Assembly (NCBI GenBank): GCA_964012695.1
Contig: CAXGVD010000001.1
Location: forward strand, 1 to 36,683
Source: an uncultured Opitutia bacterium
GTDB lineage: Bacteria; Verrucomicrobiota; Verrucomicrobiia; Opitutales; Seribacteraceae
Direction: 5' to 3'
Length of the DNA: 36,683 bases
Positions within the stretch are counted from its first letter, which is position 1. Each line of letters begins with the position of its first letter. Below the pieces are notes generated by a model. That model searched no databases and had not been told where the DNA came from. It saw only the letters and a list, made by a program, of their open reading frames with translations. Of this stretch, positions 9,757-16,622 are shown in pieces. Both the position numbers and the translations under genes were made by a program.

Positions 9757-9816
9757 GCTCGCTACGACGCCCCGCAAAGCAAGTTCTTTCGGGGCTTCCC
9801 GCCCCTTGCGCGGAGC

Positions 9817-11598
9817 TCACAGGGCCCGGAGGTAGGCGAGGAGGCGATTCAGTTGGGTTTGGGTCAGGCCGCCTCCGTCGGGGTGGCCGGCTTGATCGAG
9901 AACTTGGCGGAGGGAGTGGGCTGAGCCGTCGTGGAAGAAGCGGTCGCGCTGGCTGACCCCGAGCAAAGTAGGCGGATTGAAGAGGCGTGCGCCAGCTTCG
10001 TCGGAGAGGCCGACGTCGTACTCGTCGGGCGAGGTGAGAAGGGTGTTACGGTGGCAGTCGTTGCAACCGAGTTTGCCGAAGAGGAGTTTGCCGCGGGTAA
10101 AATCGGGGTTGGGGGGTTCCTCGCGAGCTTCGGTGAGGGGGGGCGGGATGGGGAGGGTGAAGAGGAAGGAAACGAGGGCTTCCTCGTCCTCCCGTGAAAC
10201 GCGGCCGTGTTTGCGTTCACCGTTGAGGAGTGTGGTGGCGAGGGTTTGCCGGACTTGGGTGGTGAGGGAGCCTTGGAGACCGTTCCAGGTCCAAGGACCG
10301 GTCTCGGCGGTGCCGAGGAGTGAGGGCACGCGCTTGGGAGTGCCGAAGGAGTGGTCGTCAAAGTTGTCGTTGAGTCGCCCGGATGTGTGGCCGCCGGTGT
10401 GGCAACTGTTGCAGGAGAACCAGCCGTCGAGGGAGAGGTGGGAGTCGTGAAAGAGGACTTCGCCGCGCTGGAGCAGGCCAGGCTTCGGGGTGGGGCCGAG
10501 AGAGATGGAGGAGACGAGAACGGGAGAGTCGCGCAGGTCGATGACGCGGACGGCGTCGCCGTAGACGTCGGCGAAGTAGGCGAAGTTTTCCTTGGGACCG
10601 AGGAGGGCATCCACGGGGCGCTTGCCGATTGGTATGCGTTTCCATTCGCCGTTGAGGACGGGGGAGACAGCCACCTCGCCCGTACCGCGTATGCCGAGGA
10701 GGAAAGCTCCGTTGCGGGCGGTGAGCATGGAGCCAGGCTCGCCCGCCCCATGGTTTTGGGCACCCACAGGGTAGCGTTTCCAGCGGGCGATGGGGGCGGC
10801 GGGCGGACGGGTGAGGTCGAGGAGATCGGACAGTTCCAGCCCCGTCACCACATTGCGCATAACAGTGCCCCAGAAGATGCGGGAGCGGGTGGTGGGGGCG
10901 AGAGGGTTGAGGATTTGGTGGGAGACGAGGAGGTCGGTCCCGTTCGGGGAGAGGGCGAGCCCACCGACGTTGTGGCCCGGAAGGGTGCGGGTGGCGAGGA
11001 GGCGGAGGGTGGGCAGGGAAAGGATGGCGAGTCGATCTGCGAAGGCGTCGGCCACGACGAGCTTATCCCCCGCGGGATTAATCCACTGGCGACGGGGAGG
11101 AAAAGGGAGGTCGGCGACATACTCGCGACGGAGGCTCGGAACATCGACGGAGAGATCCACCCGGAAGAGGCTGACGCGGCGGGACCAGAGAGAGGTTACG
11201 GTGGCGAAGGCGCCATCCGGGGACACCTTAATGTTCACGGGTGAGTGAGGTGCCCGGGCTTGGGCGAGGAGACGCAAGTTTGCGCCTTGGGGCCGGAGGA
11301 GGTTGAGCTGGTGGGTTTCCTCATCAGTGGCGAGGAGGTGGTGCCCACCGGGGAGGGCGGCGAGGGAGGTGATTCGTTTGCCGACGGGGGTCTCGCTCGC
11401 CACGGCGTGTTTCCCGACGTCGAGGAGCGAGATGGATCCAGCGTCCCGATTGGCGACGGCAAGGTGACCGTCCCCCGTCCAAGCGAGGGCGACGGGGCGG
11501 CGAAAACGTTTCTCGTGCTGCGGCGCGGCGAAGAGAGAAAGCCACCCCGTAGTCAAGCAAAGTACGAGGAACCAGCTCAGGCGCTCCGCCTTTTTCAC
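9817..11598 (-). CDS. Secreted beta-propeller fused to a di-haem cytochrome c peroxidase (CCP/MauG family) domain
   Basis: 593-aa ORF with a GTG start at 11598 and GGGAGA just upstream. Signal peptide MKKAERLSWFLVLCLTTGWLSLFA. The N-terminal ~370 aa are repeat-rich and propeller-like. The C-terminal domain carries two haem-c motifs, CNSCHTGGH and CNDCHRN, with CCP-like context (TPKRVPSLLGTAETGPWTWNG; FNPPTLLGVSQRDRFFHDGS). Confidence 0.85.
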   Translation of the reverse strand: MKKAERLSWFLVLCLTTGWLSLFAAPQHEKRFRRPVALAWTGDGHLAVANRDAGSISLLDVGKHAVASETPVGKRITSLAALPGGHHLLATDEETHQLNLLRPQGANLRLLAQARAPHSPVNIKVSPDGAFATVTSLWSRRVSLFRVDLSVDVPSLRREYVADLPFPPRRQWINPAGDKLVVADAFADRLAILSLPTLRLLATRTLPGHNVGGLALSPNGTDLLVSHQILNPLAPTTRSRIFWGTVMRNVVTGLELSDLLDLTRPPAAPIARWKRYPVGAQNHGAGEPGSMLTARNGAFLLGIRGTGEVAVSPVLNGEWKRIPIGKRPVDALLGPKENFAYFADVYGDAVRVIDLRDSPVLVSSISLGPTPKPGLLQRGEVLFHDSHLSLDGWFSCNSCHTGGHTSGRLNDNFDDHSFGTPKRVPSLLGTAETGPWTWNGLQGSLTTQVRQTLATTLLNGERKHGRVSREDEEALVSFLFTLPIPPPLTEAREEPPNPDFTRGKLLFGKLGCNDCHRNTLLTSPDEYDVGLSDEAGARLFNPPTLLGVSQRDRFFHDGSAHSLRQVLDQAGHPDGGGLTQTQLNRLLAYLRAL

Positions 11599-11641
11599 CG
11601 TTCTCTCCCTGCGCCTCGCCGCCGGGCCCGGACCTCGGAGC

Positions 11642-12964
11642 TTACAGGCTCCAGCCCTTGCGGTACTTGCGGCGTACGTACTGCTCGGCCTCGGGAACGT
11701 CAGGTTTCATGTTGGGGCCGTCCCAGTTGATTTTCTTGCCCGTACGCACGGCGAGGTTGCCGAGCAAGACGGTTTCGGTGAAGGGACCAGAGTGAGCGAA
11801 ACCGGAGAGCGGTTCGCTCCCTCCCCTGATACCTTCTACCCACTCCACGTCCTCGTTGGGCGTGCGGGCGATGCTCTTAGGAGTCTCCTTTTCGATTTGG
11901 GCGACTTCGTCGGCGTCGCGTCCCTTGACTAGCCAAGTGGTCCGTCCGCGATTGAAGTAGAGTTTCCCCTTGTCGCCGACGAGCACGGAGCCGTAGCCCT
12001 TGAGGTTGACTCCTTCGGCCACGTCCTCGCCGGGCAGGTTGCCCTTGCCGCCCTTGCGGCCGTCGTACCACTTGAGGGTGACGGGCGGGTTGTCCCCTCG
12101 CTTGGGAAATTGGTAGGTGATGGTGGACCGGTTTGGAGCAGCCTCTTTGGTGTTACCGCCTTGCTCGGCCTCGACGGAGTCAGGGTACTTAAGGTCGAGG
12201 GCCCAGTAGGCCATGTCCATGATGTGGCAGGCCATGTCGCCGAGGGCACCCGTGCCGAAGTCCCACCAACCACGCCACTTGAAGGGAACGTAGGCAGCGT
12301 TGAAGTCGCGAAAGGGAGCGGGGCCGAGCCAGAGGTCCCAGTCGAGGCCGGCGGGCACCTCCTGCTTGGCGGCGCGCTTGCTCATGCCTTGTGGCCAGAT
12401 GGGGCGGTTGGTCCAAACATGGGCCTCCTTAACTTGGCCGATGAGGCCAGCCCTAACCAACTCCACAGCCCGCCGGATAGGCTCGCCGGCGTGGGCCTGG
12501 TTACCCATCTGAGTGACAAGCTTGCCCGCGGCGGCGGCCTCGGTCAGCATCCGAGCCTCATGGATAGAGTGAGTGAGAGGCTTCTGGCAGTAGACATGCT
12601 TGCCCAACTTCATGGCGGCCATGGCGGCCACGGCGTGGACGTGGTCGGGCGTGCTCACGGTCACGGCGTCCACGTCCTTCTGCTTCTCCAGCATGACCCG
12701 AAAATCCTTGTAGCGCTTGGCCTTGGGATATTTCTTAAAGGTTCCGCCGGCCCGCTTCTCGTCCACGTCGCACAGGGCCACGACATCGGCCCCCGCCCCG
12801 GCAACGCCCGAAACGTCGCTGGAGCCCTTGCCGCCCACACCGATACCGGCGACGGCCACCCGCTCGTTGGCGCCCCAGACGTGACCGGGAACGAATTGAA
12901 AGCCGAAGGCGGTGGAAGCGGCCCCAATGAATTGCCGGCGAGAGTAATGGAAGGTGGTCTTCAT
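11642..12964 (-). CDS. Tat-exported Gfo/Idh/MocA-family NAD(P)-dependent oxidoreductase
   Basis: The track ORF extends to 13042. The ATG at 12964 gives MKTTFHYSRRQFIGAASTAFGF, a twin-arginine signal. Rossmann VAVAGIGVGGKGSSD, and Gfo/Idh/MocA context VSTPDHVHAVAAMAAMKLGKHVYCQKPL. Confidence 0.85.
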   Translation of the reverse strand: MKTTFHYSRRQFIGAASTAFGFQFVPGHVWGANERVAVAGIGVGGKGSSDVSGVAGAGADVVALCDVDEKRAGGTFKKYPKAKRYKDFRVMLEKQKDVDAVTVSTPDHVHAVAAMAAMKLGKHVYCQKPLTHSIHEARMLTEAAAAGKLVTQMGNQAHAGEPIRRAVELVRAGLIGQVKEAHVWTNRPIWPQGMSKRAAKQEVPAGLDWDLWLGPAPFRDFNAAYVPFKWRGWWDFGTGALGDMACHIMDMAYWALDLKYPDSVEAEQGGNTKEAAPNRSTITYQFPKRGDNPPVTLKWYDGRKGGKGNLPGEDVAEGVNLKGYGSVLVGDKGKLYFNRGRTTWLVKGRDADEVAQIEKETPKSIARTPNEDVEWVEGIRGGSEPLSGFAHSGPFTETVLLGNLAVRTGKKINWDGPNMKPDVPEAEQYVRRKYRKGWSL

Positions 12965-13057
12965 ATTCGTGGAGGAATTCAACAGTAAGGGAAGAAACAC
13001 GACGAATGCCGGCGCCCTCGCACGAGCGCAACTCATTAACAAAATCGCGCGCGATGC

Positions 13058-13086
13058 TTGACTCGGAAGGGACAGGCAACGATACC
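13058..13086 (+). promoter_or_regulatory. Possible sigma-70-like promoter (TTGACT-N17-GATACC) ending 6 nt before the ATG at 13093
   Basis: TTGACT at 13058-13063, a 17-nt spacer, then GATACC at 13081-13086. The -10 is weak (3 of 6 to TATAAT). If real, the transcript would be almost leaderless. This is pattern matching only. Confidence 0.2.
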
Positions 13087-13092
13087 CAAGTC

Positions 13093-15390
13093 ATGACGAA
13101 ACGGAAATACAGCCGTTCGGGGCGTTCGCTCGTCCTCTTTTTCCTTTTCCCGAGTCTCCTCATCGCCGAAAAGGAAACCAACGCCACCATCAAGAAAGAC
13201 ACCGAGGCCCTCTTTTCTGAGGCGGTGAAGCGGGAGGCAGCCGCCTTCGAGAAACTCGCCGCCAAGGTTAAACCCTCCGTGGCGGTCATAGAGAGCGTGG
13301 ACCGTTTGGGCCGCGATGGCGGCCGGGGCACGGGCTTCGTAGTTAGCGAGGACGGGGTGGTGGTGACCAACTTCCACGTTATCGGGGAACACCGGGCTTT
13401 CCGGGTTCGTTTTGCCGACGGCAAGACTTACGAGCCCGAAACAATCCTCGCGGTGGACCGGGAACGGGACCTGGCCCTAGTGAAAATCGACGTCGGTTCG
13501 AAAAAGCTGCCCGTCCTGCCGCTCGGTGATTCGGACGACCTCAAACCCGGCCAAGGCATCCTCGCGCTAGGGAATCCCCTCGGCTACGGCCTAAGCGTGA
13601 GCCGAGGCGTGGTGGCGGCCCTGCGCGAACTGGAAGAGGGCGACGGCAAGACCATGGTGCAGGTGGCCATTCCCATCGAACCCGGAAGCAGCGGCAGCCC
13701 CGCCCTCGACATGTCGGGCCGGGTAGTGGCGGTGCTCGCCATTAAGTCGGGCGGCGCCATGGGCTTCGGCGTACCCGTCAACGAGGTGAAGCGCCTGCTG
13801 GCTAGCCCTAACCCGGTACCCATGATGCGTTGGCTAACCATTGGAGCACTTGACCCCGGCGAATGGGAATCCGTCCTTGGCGGCAGTTGGCGCCAAAGGG
13901 CGGGAATCATAACCGCCTCCGGCATGGGCAAGGGCTTCGGTGGGCGCATGCTCTGCCTCTCCAAGGACAAGCCCCCTGCCCCACCCTACGAGCTGGAGGT
14001 GGAAGTGAAGCTGGAGGAAGAAAGCGGGGCAGCCGGCCTCGTCTTCCACAGCGACGGCGGAGAAGTCCACTATGGCTTCTACCCCACCAATGGCTCCCTT
14101 CGCCTAACCCGCTTCGACGGACCCACCGTCTTCAACTGGACCATTCTCCAAACCATCCCCTCCCCCGCCTACCAACCGGGCCAGTGGAACAGGCTGCGCG
14201 CCTCCATCGGCAAGGACGGCAAGCTCACCTGCTCGGTGAACGGCCAAGTCGTCATCGATCTCACAGACAAAGGCCTCGCCTCCGGCCAAGTCGGCCTCTG
14301 CAAGTTCCGAGCTCCCGCCGCCGAGTTCCGCCGTTTTCGCCTCGGGAAAACCCTCGCCGCGGCAAACATCCCGCCCCATCTCGTCAAGCAGGCCGAACGC
14401 CTCGCCCGCCCCTTGGCCGCTGCAGACAAGCTGCCCACTGGATCCCTGGACAAGCTCGTAAACATAGGTAAACCCGCTTCGGACATTCTCCTCCAACGAG
14501 CCAACGCCCTCGAAAAAGAATCCGTGCGCCTCCGACGCCTTGCCCGCGACGTCCGCGAACGCCTCGTCATCGAAGAACTCGCCGCAGCCCTCCGCCACGA
14601 GGACGAAAAAAACGTGGATCTCTTCCGGGCCGCCCTCCTCGTCGCCCGCCTCGACAACGAAGACGTGGACACCGAACTCTACCTCCGACGCCTCCAACGA
14701 ATCGCCGCAAAAGTCTCCTCCGCCACCTCCGACGAAGCCGACGGCGAAACCAAACTCCGCACCCTCGCCAAGCACCTGTTCGAAGACCTCGGCTTCCACG
14801 GCTCCACCCTCGACTATTACCACCGCTCCAACAGCTATGTGAACGAAGTCATGGACGACCGCGAAGGCATACCCATCACCCTCTCCATCGTCTTCATCGA
14901 ACTGGCCGAACGCCTCGACCTCCCCGTCGCCGGCCTCGGCATCCCCGGACACTTCCTCGCCATGTACCGCGAACCACCCCCCGAAAAACAACCCGACGCC
15001 AAACCCAAGGAAATCCTCATCGACCCCTTCGGCGGCCAATTCGTCACCCGTGAGCAAGCCTCCGAACTTTCTGGCGCACGCCTCGCCGACGCCGACTTCG
15101 TCCCCGCCCGCAAGCGCTCCATCATCATGCGCGTCCTCCGCAACCTCCTCAACATCGCCGAACAGGAACGAGACGCACCCGCTCGCCTACGCTATCTCGA
15201 CGCCCTACTCGCCATAGACCCCGACGAAATCTACCTCCGAGCGATGCGGGCCATGGTCCACTACGGCGAACGCCGCTTCGATAAAGCCCTAGTCGACCTC
15301 GAATTCCTAATCGCCAAAAACCCCGAAGGGGAAGAAACCGCCCCCCTCCGAGAAATCAGAGATCGCCTCAACGCGATGAAAGAAGAGTGA
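13093..15390 (+). CDS. Secreted multidomain protein: trypsin-like (S1/HtrA-type) serine protease + ConA-like/DUF1080-like domain + SirB1-type inactive transglutaminase-like/TPR region
   Basis: The track ORF starts at 13006. The ATG at 13093 gives MTKRKYSRSGRSLVLFFLFPSLLIA (signal or anchor). The protease triad context is intact: TNFHVIGEH, DRERDLALVKI, IEPGSSGSPAL, plus GNPLGYGLSVSRGVV. The middle domain (YELEVEVKLEEESGAAGLVFHSD...PGQWNRLRASIGKDGKLTCSVNGQVVIDL...GQVGLCKFRAPAAEFRRFRL) resembles the DUF1080/LamG fold. The C-terminus (YYHRSNSYVNEVMDDREGIPITLSIVFIELAERLDLPVAGLGIPGHFL...ILIDPFGG) resembles SirB1/UPF0162 and is followed by TPR-like helices. Confidence 0.8.
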   Translation: MTKRKYSRSGRSLVLFFLFPSLLIAEKETNATIKKDTEALFSEAVKREAAAFEKLAAKVKPSVAVIESVDRLGRDGGRGTGFVVSEDGVVVTNFHVIGEHRAFRVRFADGKTYEPETILAVDRERDLALVKIDVGSKKLPVLPLGDSDDLKPGQGILALGNPLGYGLSVSRGVVAALRELEEGDGKTMVQVAIPIEPGSSGSPALDMSGRVVAVLAIKSGGAMGFGVPVNEVKRLLASPNPVPMMRWLTIGALDPGEWESVLGGSWRQRAGIITASGMGKGFGGRMLCLSKDKPPAPPYELEVEVKLEEESGAAGLVFHSDGGEVHYGFYPTNGSLRLTRFDGPTVFNWTILQTIPSPAYQPGQWNRLRASIGKDGKLTCSVNGQVVIDLTDKGLASGQVGLCKFRAPAAEFRRFRLGKTLAAANIPPHLVKQAERLARPLAAADKLPTGSLDKLVNIGKPASDILLQRANALEKESVRLRRLARDVRERLVIEELAAALRHEDEKNVDLFRAALLVARLDNEDVDTELYLRRLQRIAAKVSSATSDEADGETKLRTLAKHLFEDLGFHGSTLDYYHRSNSYVNEVMDDREGIPITLSIVFIELAERLDLPVAGLGIPGHFLAMYREPPPEKQPDAKPKEILIDPFGGQFVTREQASELSGARLADADFVPARKRSIIMRVLRNLLNIAEQERDAPARLRYLDALLAIDPDEIYLRAMRAMVHYGERRFDKALVDLEFLIAKNPEGEETAPLREIRDRLNAMKEE

Positions 15391-15403
15391 CGCCAAGTTG
15401 AGT

Positions 15404-15420
15404 GCGGACATTCAGTCCGC
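15404..15420. terminator. GC hairpin between convergent genes (GCGGAC-attca-GTCCGC), a possible bidirectional terminator
   Basis: Perfect 6-bp stem (15404-15409 with 15415-20) and a 5-nt loop. It lies 14 nt after the protease-fusion stop and overlaps the pseudopilin stop codon (15412-15414). There is no U-tract on either strand, so the call is weak. Confidence 0.3.
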
Positions 15421-15978
15421 GGACGGAGTCCACTCCACATTATCTTCGTCGAATTCTCCGCCTTCCTTTCCGTCTGGGCCGAGGGAATAGAGGCGAAAGC
15501 CGGGAAGTCCATCTTCTCGTAAGTGTTTGTAGACGTAACCGTTGCCCCATGGGTCGAGGAAGGCCATTTCGGCAAGGTCCGTCATGACGAAGGTGATTAC
15601 GTCCGCGCGGGGGTCGTGGGTCTCTTCCAGTTTGAGGATGATGGGGTCAAACTTATCTTCGTCGAAGTTGAAATAGGAAAAGTCCACGAAGGGTTTCTTT
15701 CGGGGCGAGAGGGGGCGTCTTTCTCCGTGGAGGCCGGCGAGGGCCATGAAGAGGATTTCGTTGTCTCCGCACAAGTTCAAGGCACAGACGGGGTAGTGGC
15801 CGAGTTCCCGCTCGTACTCTTCCACGCCTTGACGGAGGACGGCGATGTCGGCCAAAGCGCGTCTGCGATCACGGTCCTCCATGACGAAGTTGAAGCTTCC
15901 GAAGACGATGGCGAAGAGGATGCCGATTATGAGGATTACCACCAGCAACTCCACCAAGGTGAAGCCCCGGCACCTCAC
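15412..15978 (-). CDS. Prepilin-type N-terminal cleavage/methylation domain protein, GspG-like pseudopilin
   Basis: 188-aa ORF with a GTG start at 15978. Leader MRCRG, then FTLVELLVVILIIGILFAIVFG (class III signal). The C-terminal part DPWGNGYVYK...YSLGPDGKEG is typical of type II secretion G-type pseudopilins. Confidence 0.85.
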   Translation of the reverse strand: MRCRGFTLVELLVVILIIGILFAIVFGSFNFVMEDRDRRRALADIAVLRQGVEEYERELGHYPVCALNLCGDNEILFMALAGLHGERRPLSPRKKPFVDFSYFNFDEDKFDPIILKLEETHDPRADVITFVMTDLAEMAFLDPWGNGYVYKHLREDGLPGFRLYSLGPDGKEGGEFDEDNVEWTPSAD

Positions 15979-16517
15979 TTTTGGTCTTCCTCCGGCGATT
16001 CCTTAACGAAGCCCATCCGGCGCAACTCACCGCGGGCTTCGATCAGGTCCTCGTCCTCGAAAGCCATTCCCTTGTATATTTCGTCCAGAGCGATGGCGGC
16101 CAAGAGGTAGCGCATGGTGGTCTGCATGTCGCCCGAGCGGCAGGCGTAGCAGGCGAGGTTGTACTTGATGCCGGGATCGCTCTCGTGGATGGTTTCGGCC
16201 TCCAACAGGATTTCCCGAGCGGCCCCGAGGGAATCGCTTCGACGGGTGGCGTAGGCATCTGCAATCCACCACTCGATGGCTTCGGGTCGGCGACGGCGTA
16301 GGATTCTGGCAGACTCCCTCATGCCCTCCCAATTCTTCGCATCCTGCCGCACGGCCACTTGCATGGCCAAGACGTCTTCCTCGAACTGGTCCTCGTTCCG
16401 AATGCGGCTCAGCTCCCCTTCCGCATCCTCGTACATCTCCAGCATACGAAACCCGTTGGCCCGGCGGACGCGTACCTCGGTCCGCACGGAGGAGGCCTTC
16501 TCGTCGGTTTCGTTCAT
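15975..16517 (-). CDS. TPR-like helical-repeat protein, cytoplasmic
   Basis: 180-aa ORF with ATG at 16517 and no signal peptide. It has TPR-like helix pairs (IKYNLACYACRSGDMQTTMRYLLAAIALDEIYKGMAFEDEDLIEARGEL). Its TGA stop (15975-15977) overlaps the GTG start (15976-15978) of the pseudopilin gene, giving a GTGA overlap. Confidence 0.65.
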   Translation of the reverse strand: MNETDEKASSVRTEVRVRRANGFRMLEMYEDAEGELSRIRNEDQFEEDVLAMQVAVRQDAKNWEGMRESARILRRRRPEAIEWWIADAYATRRSDSLGAAREILLEAETIHESDPGIKYNLACYACRSGDMQTTMRYLLAAIALDEIYKGMAFEDEDLIEARGELRRMGFVKESPEEDQK

Positions 16518-16622
16518 GCAGCTAAGTTATCCGCATCGCCCGATTAGGGGCAACCCGTAAGAAGAAGGCCCGTCGTCCCCTTCACCTTTGACATTCGGGC
16601 TCGTCCGCGCCTCCTTGAACTG

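Noticed and set aside
9864-11248. Long alternative-frame ORFs 9864-10763(-), 10351-11244(+), 10790-11248(+)
   Set aside because: They lie inside the propeller/di-haem peroxidase gene, whose CxxCH motifs fix the true frame. They are low-complexity Ser/Pro/Thr or Gly/Glu/Val frames.
12110-13424. ORFs 12110-12988(+), 12735-13424(-), 13036-13392(-), and the N-terminal extensions to 13042 and 13006
   Set aside because: These are shadows of the Gfo/Idh/MocA and protease genes. The extensions precede the Tat and Sec signals and would bury them, so the internal ATGs at 12964 and 13093 are preferred.
14104-15057. 317-aa minus-strand ORF rich in G/E/V/A/F
   Set aside because: It is antisense to the C-terminal half of the protease fusion, which has SirB1-like motifs. 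It is low-complexity, with no start context or motifs.
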